Positions 1 to 8,352 of a DNA stretch of 64,000 nt are shown here, piece after piece. A program made the position numbers and the translations under genes. The notes beneath the pieces were generated by a model. The model had not been told where the DNA came from and did no database searches. It was given only the letters and a program-made list of their open reading frames with translations. Position 1 is the stretch's first letter. The number at the start of each line of letters is the position of its first letter. Origin of the DNA: an uncultured bacterium (GTDB taxonomy: Bacteria; Krumholzibacteriota; Krumholzibacteriia; WVZY01; JAKEHA01); contig CAZPQK010000006.1 of NCBI GenBank assembly GCA_964588695.1, forward strand, positions 196,239-260,238, read 5' to 3'.

Positions 1-25
1 CAATCGCGCGCCAGCTGGTGGAGCA

Positions 26-805
26 CTACGAACGCTCAACGAAGGCCAGAAGTTCCTCCAAGGGAATGCGGTCGTCGGCAGACGGCACGGGAAAAGTGAT
101 TGAGTGTTCCGACCCCGGTTGAGGCCACCAAGCATCTTCACCACTGAAGTGCAACTGATTCTCTCCGAGCCCGTGCCATGCCCACCACTTCTTGTCCGAG
201 GCTTTGTGAATTCCATGCAACGCTGGTAGCTGCTCTTTCTTCTTCGTGTTCTTCGGTTTTGACCAGTACCACTCAAAATCGGAAGGCTCAAACACGGTCG
301 GAGCGTCACGTGTGCAGAGAGAGCGTTCGAAGTAGGTTACTTCACTACCCGGGAACACGAGCAGTCGGCTGTAAACAATCTCATCGAGTTGATACTTCTC
401 CAAGCTCTCTTTCGCGTGGTTGTTGCAGAACGCCATGATCGAGTCACCCAGTCTTTGTAGCCCTTTAGCCCCTTTTCGCGACCCTTCGATCAGGCGATCC
501 GCATTCGGAATCTTGGCTCGTTTCCATGTTACGGGCGTGGAGGCCTTCGTCGACTTTACCTGCCAACCTGCTTTTTCCTTTTGGTTTATCACATCGACGA
601 AATCGTAGGTGTCAAGCACAACTCCGGAGCGGACTATGCTTAGCACGGCTTCCATCAACGCTCCGGGAATCACGTCTGATGAGAACGGAAGTCGCAAGTA
701 CCCGCCTAGAATCCGCTTGATGCGATCCAATTGATCGGATGAAGACAACTGTGTCATGCTATCTCGGAGTACGGAATAGCTCGGCGTATGAAACATCGAA
801 CGCAA
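26..805 (-). CDS. Putative restriction endonuclease (R gene of a C-protein-controlled R-M module); product assignment tentative
   Basis: 259-aa ORF lies immediately downstream of, and overlaps by 47 nt, a textbook R-M controller (C) protein gene. In known C-regulated systems the C gene precedes and overlaps the R gene. No methyltransferase motifs (no DPPY/FxGxG) are present, so an R role is more likely than M. Residues DTYDFVDVINQKEK are compatible with a degenerate PD-(D/E)xK core. Confidence 0.45.
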   Translation of the reverse strand: MRSMFHTPSYSVLRDSMTQLSSSDQLDRIKRILGGYLRLPFSSDVIPGALMEAVLSIVRSGVVLDTYDFVDVINQKEKAGWQVKSTKASTPVTWKRAKIPNADRLIEGSRKGAKGLQRLGDSIMAFCNNHAKESLEKYQLDEIVYSRLLVFPGSEVTYFERSLCTRDAPTVFEPSDFEWYWSKPKNTKKKEQLPALHGIHKASDKKWWAWHGLGENQLHFSGEDAWWPQPGSEHSITFPVPSADDRIPLEELLAFVERS

Positions 806-971
806 GAGCTAGATCGGCTATAATAGTGACTGTCGGATTTCTGATCCCACGCTCGATGCCGCTGATATAGGTGCGATGAAGCCCACTCCTGTGTGCGAGT
901 TCCTCTTGCGACCAGCCGCGTTTCTCACGGAGGCGTCGAACGTTGAAGCCAACGAGGTTTTTTACGTCCAT
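759..971 (-). CDS. Restriction-modification controller (C) protein, XRE-family helix-turn-helix
   Basis: 70-aa protein carrying the hallmark LHRTYISGIERGIRNPTVTIIADLA segment (compare DRTYISGIERNSRN in C.Esp1396I-type C proteins). Tandem C-box operators sit 25 bp upstream of its start. Confidence 0.8.
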   Translation of the reverse strand: MDVKNLVGFNVRRLREKRGWSQEELAHRSGLHRTYISGIERGIRNPTVTIIADLALAFDVSYAELFRTPR

Positions 972-995
972 TGCCCTAGATGATCACAGAGCGCA

Positions 996-1021
996 GACCA
1001 TTGGTCTACAGACTATGAGTC
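996..1021. promoter_or_regulatory. Tandem C-box operators: GACCattGGTC - TACA - GACTatgAGTC
   Basis: Two adjacent palindromes with GAC(T/C)-N3-(A/G)GTC symmetry separated by TACA (TGTA on the coding strand). This matches the classic C-box architecture (GACT-N3-AGTC x2 with a TGTA centre), located directly upstream of the C gene. Confidence 0.65.
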
Positions 1022-2095
1022 ACATTGGATAGGATCAGCCCACAGAGACGTAGAGCTCTTATGTCTAGTATTAGGAGCTCTGTGGCCCGTTTCACTCGGC
1101 AACGTGCGCTCGCGCCAGACAGCGGTGGCAATGACCTTGCCGTCCTTGTTTCGCGTAGGGAACAGCCACTCCGTGCCGGGGTAGGCTTGGTCCCCAATCG
1201 CTAGTGATTCCCGAACAAGCGCAACCATGTATTCCGACAACGGCAAGTCGAACGGTTCGCCGCGCTTCATTTTCGGGATCGATATCGCCTGGTCGTCCAG
1301 ATGGAGCCATTCGCGCCGGAGGGAGACGAGCGTGCCCGGGCGGAGGCCGCTGAACAGGCCCAGCGTGTGCATGACGCGGCGTAGGGGATTGGGCAACGCC
1401 TGGACCTTTGCGTACCACTCGGGCAGTTCGTCGGGCAGCAGGACGCGCCCGGCCGAGCGGACCTTGTTGAACGTCACGGCCTGGACGGGATTGCCAGGCA
1501 GCGCGTCCGGGTCGTCAACCACGCGCAACGCAAGGTTGTATGCGGCGCGGAACAGGCGCATGGTGTTATTGGCGACAGCCTTGCCGTGACGCGTTGATAT
1601 CGTGCGGTGTTTCTCCCGCGCCATCGTGCGGGTAACTTCCGGTATCGGCAGCGTCTTCCAGTGCCGCAGGTAGCGGTCGACCTGCTTGAACATGTCGTCG
1701 ATTGTCCGGTCCGCGCACTCGCGTGCACGCAGGTCGTTACCGTATTCCTCGAACATCTGCTCGACCGACCACGCTTCCGCACCCGACGCACGTGCAGTCG
1801 CGTTCGGGTCGATGCCGCGGCGAATTTCGTTGAGCACTTCGGTTGCCTTTATGCGCGCTTCGTATAGCTTGAGATCGTCCGTGGTGCCCAGCGTGCGGCG
1901 CACCGTCTTGACCTTGCGCCGTCGGCCGTATTCGCCGACCCACAGGTCGCGCTGCACCTTGTACGACTTCGTGTGTTTGTGTACGGCGATCATCAAGCCG
2001 CGCACTTCCGTGTCGCGTACGACAATCGGTTTGCCGTCGTAAACAAGACGGCGAATGAATGCTTCGGTGAGTTTCGTTGGTGGCATGCGTAGCAC
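1013..2095 (-). CDS. Tyrosine recombinase/integrase (P4-like, N-terminal arm-binding domain); appears 3'-truncated
   Basis: N-terminus (LTEAFIRRLVYDGKPIVVRDTEVRGLMIAV) is typical of the DUF4102/P4-integrase arm domain. LRPGT (box I arginine) is present. The ORF ends at ...RHKSSTSLWADPIQ, just after the degenerate H-x-x-R region and before the expected LLGH...Y catalytic tyrosine segment. The stop codon abuts the C-box region. Confidence 0.7.
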   Translation of the reverse strand: MLRMPPTKLTEAFIRRLVYDGKPIVVRDTEVRGLMIAVHKHTKSYKVQRDLWVGEYGRRRKVKTVRRTLGTTDDLKLYEARIKATEVLNEIRRGIDPNATARASGAEAWSVEQMFEEYGNDLRARECADRTIDDMFKQVDRYLRHWKTLPIPEVTRTMAREKHRTISTRHGKAVANNTMRLFRAAYNLALRVVDDPDALPGNPVQAVTFNKVRSAGRVLLPDELPEWYAKVQALPNPLRRVMHTLGLFSGLRPGTLVSLRREWLHLDDQAISIPKMKRGEPFDLPLSEYMVALVRESLAIGDQAYPGTEWLFPTRNKDGKVIATAVWRERTLPSETGHRAPNTRHKSSTSLWADPIQCDS

Positions 2096-2263
2096 TCCTT
2101 AGCGAACCGTGTTACCTGCACTTGCGAACCGTTTGCGAACCGCGGTACAATGGGTTGCTTGCGGGCTCGTGAGGTAATTATGCTCGTAAGTCCTTGAAAA
2201 ACAAAGACTTTCAAGGGTGCTTAGGGGGCTCCCGGGGGCTTGCGAGGGCTTCTTCTAATCTGC

Positions 2264-2296
2264 AGGTCCCAGGTTCGAATCCTGGCGGGGTCGCCA
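2264..2296 (+). other. tRNA 3'-half remnant (T-stem CCAGG / TTCGAAT / CCTGG, acceptor CGGGGTC-G-CCA); probable att-site copy
   Basis: A perfect T-arm plus 7-nt acceptor strand, discriminator and CCA are present, but no complementary 5' acceptor strand (GACCCCG) or anticodon arm can be found upstream. It is therefore a fragment, as expected for the direct repeat left when an integrase-bearing island inserts into a tRNA 3' end. Confidence 0.5.
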
Positions 2297-2426
2297 TTCT
2301 CCACACTCGCCCATAAACCACACCCAGTTTTCCTCTAGTCGGGAACCAACGGCGTCGTCGCTACGTTACCCATATATTGGCCCGTCTGACCGTCCCTGGT
2401 TCATAACAATAGTTAAGAGGTGTTCG

Positions 2427-3632
2427 ATGAAACGTCGCCACTGGATCAATTGCATCGTCGTGGCAATAGTCGCGGTTGTCGCGGGCAGTACAACCGCATG
2501 TCGCCAGTCCACTGCGGACCAGGCCGATATCGACGCGTTTGCGGCGGCCGTCGGTGATCTGGCCAAAGAAATCGGATTACCGGGTATGTCGGCCGCGATC
2601 GTAAGGGACGGAGAGATGGTTTGGTCGGCCGGGTACGGTCATGCCGATGTCGAGCGGAACATTCTGGCACGCGCGGATACCCCGTACCGACTGGCGTCGC
2701 TTTCCAAGCCGTTCGCCGCGGTTATCCTGATGCAGTTGATGGAAGAGGGACGCGTGGAGCTGGATGGGCCGATGCGTGATTTCGCGGTTCATGCTTGGTT
2801 TGAACCCGGAGGCGGTTCTTGGGCGCATTATCCGTCTCGCTATGACGACGGCACTATTACCGTCCGACACATTCTGACGCACACCAGTCAGTCGGAGCCG
2901 CCTGGGTCGGCTTATGCTTACAGTGGAAACATCTTCGGCGACCTCACGTGGGTGATCGAAGACGCAGCGGGTCAGTCGTATCCCGTTGCCGTCCGCGATC
3001 GGATCCTCAAGCCGTTGCAAATGAACCGCTCGTGTCCGGGGCAGCTTGCGCCGTGGTGCGATGAAGTTGTCGGTGCACTCGCAAAACCTTACGACATTTC
3101 AAACGACTCATTGGTGGCAGGTACCTACCCCGGTTTCGGAGTCGATTCCGACGCTGACGTCACTGCCTGGGGGCTTGACCCGGCCTATCGACTGCCCGCT
3201 ACCACCCAGGACGCTCGGCGGAAAAGGCTTGGGAGTTCGTTTACGAGATTGTTCTCGTCGCAGTCGGCCGCGGGGATGATCTCGTCAGTTGAGGACCTGG
3301 CCAAGTTTGACATCGCGCTCGACGGAAACCGACTTGTGTCCAAGCAAAGTCGCGAACTGATGTTTACTGCAGCGCGCACACCGGATGGCGACGAGTTGCC
3401 GTACGGTCTCGGATGGTTCGTGGAGGACAACGACGGGACGAAGTTGGTCTGGCACTACGGCTGGTATCCGCCGACAGTTTCTGCACTCTACATAAAGGTC
3501 CCGTCGCGGCGCCTGTCGCTGATTCTGCTGTCCAACTGCGACGGGCTAAGCGCCGGGGTGTCCTGGTCGGCGCTCGGCGTCAAAGCCTCGCCGTTTGCGC
3601 GGCTCTTCCTGGAGCACTTCGCGGGCAACTAA
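2427..3632 (+). CDS. Serine hydrolase, beta-lactamase (class C / PBP4-like) fold, probable lipoprotein
   Basis: S-x-x-K motif (SLSKPF) follows AYRLASLSKPFAA. N-terminal signal peptide ends near ...VAGSTTAC. A GGAG-like RBS (AAGAGG) precedes the ATG. Confidence 0.8.
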   Translation: MKRRHWINCIVVAIVAVVAGSTTACRQSTADQADIDAFAAAVGDLAKEIGLPGMSAAIVRDGEMVWSAGYGHADVERNILARADTPYRLASLSKPFAAVILMQLMEEGRVELDGPMRDFAVHAWFEPGGGSWAHYPSRYDDGTITVRHILTHTSQSEPPGSAYAYSGNIFGDLTWVIEDAAGQSYPVAVRDRILKPLQMNRSCPGQLAPWCDEVVGALAKPYDISNDSLVAGTYPGFGVDSDADVTAWGLDPAYRLPATTQDARRKRLGSSFTRLFSSQSAAGMISSVEDLAKFDIALDGNRLVSKQSRELMFTAARTPDGDELPYGLGWFVEDNDGTKLVWHYGWYPPTVSALYIKVPSRRLSLILLSNCDGLSAGVSWSALGVKASPFARLFLEHFAGN

Positions 3633-3704
3633 GGGCAGGCAGGCCCTCGGCGCCTGTCGCGTTTGTGATCCGTCGATAAAAATTCTTGGAACCTCCCGGC
3701 GGTG

Positions 3705-3725
3705 ATAGTTGTATCATACAACTAT
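3705..3725. promoter_or_regulatory. Perfect 10-bp inverted repeat ATAGTTGTAT-c-ATACAACTAT, candidate MarR operator
   Basis: The palindrome sits 12 bp upstream of the marR start codon and overlaps the likely promoter/RBS region. MarR-family dimers bind such dyads. Confidence 0.55.
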
Positions 3726-3736
3726 CAGGAGGAGCC

Positions 3737-4231
3737 ATGTCCGCACGAACCACCGATATCGATCTCGACCGCGACGCGGAAGAACTTCACGCCGCCGTCC
3801 GAAGCTTGCTGCGCATCTACCAATTCCGCGACCGGCAGCGGACCTGCTACCACGACATCTCGGTTACCCAATGCTACGCGCTAGAGGCCCTGCAGGGTGG
3901 CGCGTTGCGGTTACTGGAGATTGCCGAGGCGCTGAATCTGGAGAAAAGTTCGGCAAGTCGAATGATCGACTCGCTGGAGGACAAGGGGTATGTGCGCCGG
4001 GCGGCCGATCCCAGCGACGGGCGCGCGAGTGTCATCGACATTACGCGGCGCGGGCAGGCGCTTCACGACAACATTGTGGCCGCGCTGGTTGACGAAAAGC
4101 GCGAACTACTCGCCGGGGTCGGCAAGGCGTCGCGACGGGCGGCGATTCGAATTATCAACGAACTATCGCGCTCCGCTGCGGAGCGTTTTAGCGACGAGTG
4201 TGCGCTCACCGAATTCAAAGAAGGACGCTAG
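3737..4231 (+). CDS. MarR-family transcriptional regulator
   Basis: Winged-helix region (TQCYALEALQGG...LAEALNLEKSSASRMIDSLEDKGYVRR..DPSDGRASVIDITRRG) is the MarR signature. Start is chosen at the ATG preceded by AGGAGG (3724-3729). A longer upstream ORF lacks an RBS. Confidence 0.85.
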   Translation: MSARTTDIDLDRDAEELHAAVRSLLRIYQFRDRQRTCYHDISVTQCYALEALQGGALRLLEIAEALNLEKSSASRMIDSLEDKGYVRRAADPSDGRASVIDITRRGQALHDNIVAALVDEKRELLAGVGKASRRAAIRIINELSRSAAERFSDECALTEFKEGR

Positions 4232-4232
4232 C

Positions 4233-5588
4233 ATGAAAACGATTTTCGCCGCGGGTTTGCTATTGATTTGCGTCGCTCCGACGGCGACGCCGCAGGTTGC
4301 CGAATGTTCGGACGCGTGCACAGAGGGTGCGCACAAGAGTGCCGCTACCTGCGAGCCGACGTCTGCGGTTTGCGGCCCGGCGTCATCGGCGTGCGGGGTC
4401 GCCACATCGGTTTGCGGGCCGGGGCAATCGTGCGGGACACTTGCGACGTTCGGCGTCGATCCAGCGCGACGGGTGGTTGCGCCTCAAACCGCGGCCACCA
4501 CGTTGCCGTTCAGGAACCTGGCATCTCTAATCGAGCCGGTACGCGCAAGCTATCGCGTTCCCGCGTTGGCGGTGGCGGTGTCGCGAACCGACGGAGTGGT
4601 TGCCGCCGGTGCGACCGGCGCGCGTATCGCCGGACACCCGCAGTCGGTAACACCGTTCGATCGTTTTCACCTGGGGTCGTGCGGTAAAGCGTTCACGGCC
4701 ACCGTCGCCGCGCGCCTGGTCGCGGCGAATCAAATCCGCTGGGAAACTACCGTGGCGGATGCGTTTCCAGAGTTGGTTGCCGATAACAATCCTTATCGCG
4801 ACGTTACGTTGCAACAACTGCTCGCGCATCGCTCGGGGCTACCGACCCGGTCCAACGCGATGATGCACGAAGCGTTGGGCTACACTGGCGATGCCATCGC
4901 GCAACGCGTTGCGTTTGTACGCATGGCGTTGTCGCTTCCCCCGGCCAGCGAACCGGGCACGACGTTCGGCTACACCGATGTGGGTTACACCGTCGCCGGC
5001 GCGATGTTAGAACGCGCGGCCGGAACATCCTGGGAAGAGCTGGTGCGCGAACACGTGCAAGCGCCGTTGGGTCTCACGAGTCTGGGCTTTGGCGAACCGG
5101 CAACCTTTGGCGGCACCGATCAACCCTGGGGACACATCGCCGAAGGCGATCGCATGGTGCCGTTCACGCCGGGGCCCAGCGCGAACGACGACAACCCGCC
5201 GGTGATTGGCCCGGCTGGCCTGGTGCACTTGTCGGTGGTGGATTGGGCGCGGTTCGCGGCGGCGCATCTAAGCGGCGCGCGGGGAGAGTCGCCCGATTCG
5301 TTTTTGTCGGCCGACGCGTTTGGCGTTCTTCACGCCGATTCATACTCGCAGGGTTACAGTCTCGGTTGGGGTGTTCAAACCACGGATCGCGGTCGCGGGC
5401 TTTCGCACACGGGATCGTGCGGGGAGTGGTATTCGCTGATTTGGATTTTACCCGACGCCGATCTTGCTATCGTGGTAGCAACGAACATTGGCGGCGGCAA
5501 TGCGGTTGCGGCCGCCAATGAAGCGTTGCAAGTGGTACTGACCGAAATCGAACAAGCCCCGTCGGCACGCGCCGCAGCCGACCACTAG
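4233..5588 (+). CDS. Serine hydrolase (beta-lactamase-related) with Cys-rich N-terminal module
   Basis: S-x-x-K motif SCGKAF. Signal peptide MKTIFAAGLLLICVAPTATPQVA, followed by a roughly 45-aa segment with 9 cysteines. Starts 2 nt after the marR stop, so the two genes form an operon. Confidence 0.8.
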   Translation: MKTIFAAGLLLICVAPTATPQVAECSDACTEGAHKSAATCEPTSAVCGPASSACGVATSVCGPGQSCGTLATFGVDPARRVVAPQTAATTLPFRNLASLIEPVRASYRVPALAVAVSRTDGVVAAGATGARIAGHPQSVTPFDRFHLGSCGKAFTATVAARLVAANQIRWETTVADAFPELVADNNPYRDVTLQQLLAHRSGLPTRSNAMMHEALGYTGDAIAQRVAFVRMALSLPPASEPGTTFGYTDVGYTVAGAMLERAAGTSWEELVREHVQAPLGLTSLGFGEPATFGGTDQPWGHIAEGDRMVPFTPGPSANDDNPPVIGPAGLVHLSVVDWARFAAAHLSGARGESPDSFLSADAFGVLHADSYSQGYSLGWGVQTTDRGRGLSHTGSCGEWYSLIWILPDADLAIVVATNIGGGNAVAAANEALQVVLTEIEQAPSARAAADH

Positions 5589-5589
5589 C

Positions 5590-6315
5590 CTATTCGTACC
5601 AGGCGGCCAGTCGGACTTCGATGTTCGGGTTCTTTGCGACCAGCTTTTTGAACTGCTCGACGTCGCTAAACCCACCCGATCCGCGGTAGTGATACGGATA
5701 CACTACCTTCGGTGCAAACTCCAGCACCGCACTTGCCGCCTGCTCGACGGTCATGGTGTAGGGAAGATTCATACACACAAACGCGTAGTCGATGTTCTTA
5801 AGCGCACGCATCTCAGGAATGTCTTCGGTGTCGCCCGACACGTAGACGCGTTTGCCCTGGTAGTTAACAACGTAACCGTTGCCGCGCCCCTTGGGATGAA
5901 ACTTCAACCGCTCTTCGGTTAAGTTGTACATCGCCACTGCGTCAATCTTGACATCTCCGACGGTGCGCGACGCGCCGTTGGCCAGCGTCTCGCCCAACTC
6001 CAACCGCTCTTGCACCGCTGCCCCCGCAATGACGACGGTGTTTTCGCCCGCGAGTTCGTGCACTAGTTTCACGGCCAGGTGGTCGGGGTGAATGTGGGTA
6101 ATCAAAATAATATCCGGAGTACCAAATCGTTGAAAGCGCTCTGGGGATCCGACGGGATCGACCAGAATCATCGCGTCGCCGGCTTCAATTGCCAGCGTAC
6201 CGTGTTCGATGGGATGAAAGGTAAATGGCGCATCGCTGTGATGGTCGGCCACCACCCCGGCGGGGATGAGTGCGAACAGGCCTACGAGAAGTAGAGTGGT
6301 AAGTTGGCGGCTCAC
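5590..6315 (-). CDS. MBL-fold metallo-hydrolase, secreted
   Basis: HxHxDH motif (THIHPDH). Start is placed at a GTG preceded by AGGAGG (revcomp of 6321-6326). Signal peptide SRQLTTLLLVGLFALIPAGVVA. Confidence 0.75.
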   Translation of the reverse strand: MSRQLTTLLLVGLFALIPAGVVADHHSDAPFTFHPIEHGTLAIEAGDAMILVDPVGSPERFQRFGTPDIILITHIHPDHLAVKLVHELAGENTVVIAGAAVQERLELGETLANGASRTVGDVKIDAVAMYNLTEERLKFHPKGRGNGYVVNYQGKRVYVSGDTEDIPEMRALKNIDYAFVCMNLPYTMTVEQAASAVLEFAPKVVYPYHYRGSGGFSDVEQFKKLVAKNPNIEVRLAAWYE

Positions 6316-6439
6316 AGGTTCCTCCTGGTTGGATGTCACTATTGCTAGTAGATACCCCGCCGAGGCGGCGAGGTGTTCCTTTGTCACGCGTGGTCCACGG
6401 GTCGGATGACAGTTCGACAGCGCCCGAAAGCGCGACGAG

Positions 6440-6469
6440 ACGGGGCGCCAGTCAAGCCCGGCGCCCCGT
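6440..6469 (-). terminator. GC-rich hairpin (ACGGGGCGCC / GGCGCCCCGT) downstream of the 6483..7634 gene
   Basis: Perfect 10-bp stem with a 10-nt loop. The U-tract is weak. Confidence 0.3.
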
Positions 6470-6482
6470 TTAATGCGGGTAA

Positions 6483-7634
6483 CTAGTCTACCAGATTTAA
6501 CTTAGCCTCCAATTCGGCCAGGCGAGCCCGCAGTTCGGCTAGTTCGCTGCGAACATCGCCGCCCCGATTGATGGGCTGGCTCGATGCGATTGTCGGGCCG
6601 GGCTTGCCCAGGCTGGCCGCATCGGCATCTGGGCCATCAGTGGTTAGTTGCGGGGTAACGATCCCATAGGCGTTCTCAAAATAGATGAGGTTGAGCGTCC
6701 GGTCGCCGACACTGGCACTACCACCATTGCTACCTCGCTCCCCGTTCATGTAGAAAGTGTTGCTGCCGGCGGTAACGGGGTAAATTGCCTGCGCCGTGGC
6801 CGGAAACGTGTAGGTTCCGGAGCCGGCGTTGTCGGGTACCTGAACGATCATGGTCTGGTTGGTCGGCAGTGTGCTAGGCGAGGTCGATGTACCAATCCAA
6901 GCGTAAGTTGGCAATCCATTAGAGTGGTTCAGGAAAATGTGGCACGTCGCGATCGCTAGTACGTAACCATCTCCCGGACAGTTTATGTTTAGTGTAACCA
7001 GGTTGTTAATCGTGCCCGGCCCGGTAAGCCCGCCTGACGTTACGCCCTTTTGGCTCGCGACACCCGGGTCGTTGCCGCTGCCGCCACCTCCGGTCGCAGA
7101 TATCGTGATGTTGCTACCGCTAGGCACAACGGTCATGCCCGTGCCCGCTAGCAGGTTGACATTGTCGGTGAGGCCGTTCAGCGAGCGGATCGCGGTGCCA
7201 TTTGCCATCTTCGTTGATATCACGGCATTGTTGGCAAGCTTGTTAGTGGTAACCGTGCCGTCCTCCACGCTTAGCGCGTTGATCGCGTAAGGCGTGGCGC
7301 TTAGTTCCGTACGCGGCGTCATCTCCGGGTCTGCGTTTACGGTGATTCCCAGCCAGTACGGCTCGTCAAAGTTCACGGCGGTGAGCGGAATATTGCTACC
7401 CAATATCGCTTCAAAACGACCATTGGTAACTGGTAGATTCTGAAACTCCAACCAAATCGGCGAGCCTCCGGCCGCAACTGTGTAAAGACGAAACCCGAGT
7501 GAGTAGTTACCATCCGCCACCGGAGTTCCGGCGTTGTCGGTTAGTACTCCCTGGTAGGAAAACGTACGCGGCGGATCGGCGCTCGCCGGCAGTGCAACCA
7601 AAAATAAAACTAGAGCAGCGATGATGTATTTCAT
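6483..7634 (-). CDS. Secreted Gly/Thr/Asn-rich beta-rich protein, tail-fibre-like, with C-terminal coiled coil
   Basis: Signal peptide MKYIIAALVLFLVALPASA. Low-complexity G/T/S/N repeats. C-terminal ELAELRARLAELEAKL heptads resemble phage tail-fibre / S74 chaperone-type ends. Confidence 0.55.
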   Translation of the reverse strand: MKYIIAALVLFLVALPASADPPRTFSYQGVLTDNAGTPVADGNYSLGFRLYTVAAGGSPIWLEFQNLPVTNGRFEAILGSNIPLTAVNFDEPYWLGITVNADPEMTPRTELSATPYAINALSVEDGTVTTNKLANNAVISTKMANGTAIRSLNGLTDNVNLLAGTGMTVVPSGSNITISATGGGGSGNDPGVASQKGVTSGGLTGPGTINNLVTLNINCPGDGYVLAIATCHIFLNHSNGLPTYAWIGTSTSPSTLPTNQTMIVQVPDNAGSGTYTFPATAQAIYPVTAGSNTFYMNGERGSNGGSASVGDRTLNLIYFENAYGIVTPQLTTDGPDADAASLGKPGPTIASSQPINRGGDVRSELAELRARLAELEAKLNLVD

Positions 7635-7668
7635 TGGAATAGTCTCCGAGTTCCGGTTTGAGCTGTGG

Positions 7669-8202
7669 TTACTTCAAGAGCACGAGTTTGCGCGACGTCA
7701 CAAAGCCAGGTGCTTCGATGCGGTAGAAGTACACGCCGCTGGCCAGTGAAGAGCCGTCGAACGGCACAACGTAGATGCCGCCGGGGCGCGATTCATTAAC
7801 TAACTCCGCAACCTCCGCACCGTTCACGTCAAAGATGCGAAGAACAACATGCGATTCTCGCGGCAACGCAAACCGAATCGTTGTTGTGGGGTTAAACGGG
7901 TTCGGGTAGTTCTGGTCCAGGCGAAATGTCTGCGGGAGAAGAGGGTTGTCACCGATGCTGGTTGGAAAGTTGCCCGGAGGTTCCCAAAATCCGTTAAGCG
8001 ATCCAAAGTTGGTGCTAGTGGCAGAGCCGATGGCCGCCTGACCGGCGGTTCCTAGTATCTGGTAGTTAGTACTCGAAGCGGTCGTCGCGCCGCTTGACGC
8101 AACTTGCTTCTGTAAACTGGTTTGAGCCGAAGTCAATCGAGGCGGAGCTACAAAGACCATAGCCAGGACAACGGTCAACCATAGGCCAGGGGGTGTTTTC
8201 AT
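7669..8202 (-). CDS. Small secreted protein with T9SS type-A C-terminal sorting domain
   Basis: Signal peptide. C-terminal LDQNYPNPFNPTTTIRF...GVYFYRIEAPGFVTSRKLVLLK is the canonical Por-secretion CTD. Confidence 0.8.
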   Translation of the reverse strand: MKTPPGLWLTVVLAMVFVAPPRLTSAQTSLQKQVASSGATTASSTNYQILGTAGQAAIGSATSTNFGSLNGFWEPPGNFPTSIGDNPLLPQTFRLDQNYPNPFNPTTTIRFALPRESHVVLRIFDVNGAEVAELVNESRPGGIYVVPFDGSSLASGVYFYRIEAPGFVTSRKLVLLK

Positions 8203-8352
8203 CTAAAGATGCCTCCTGCGCCGATAAGCGCGCTGTGTTGTGACCGAGACGTTAATATCATACCACCGCTACTGCTACCGACTCCAGAGTTCTAGCGCTC
8301 AAGCTCGTTGTTTCCGGGGTGCATGCGGTAAACCCAGGCTGGGGCACAAGGC

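Noticed and set aside
2196-2296. Attempt to fold a complete tRNA (including long-variable-arm types) ending at the CCA at 2294-2296
   Set aside because: No 5' acceptor strand complementary to CGGGGTC exists within 95 nt upstream, and no anticodon stem can be paired. Only the T-arm/acceptor 3' half is tRNA-like, so it is reported as a fragment.
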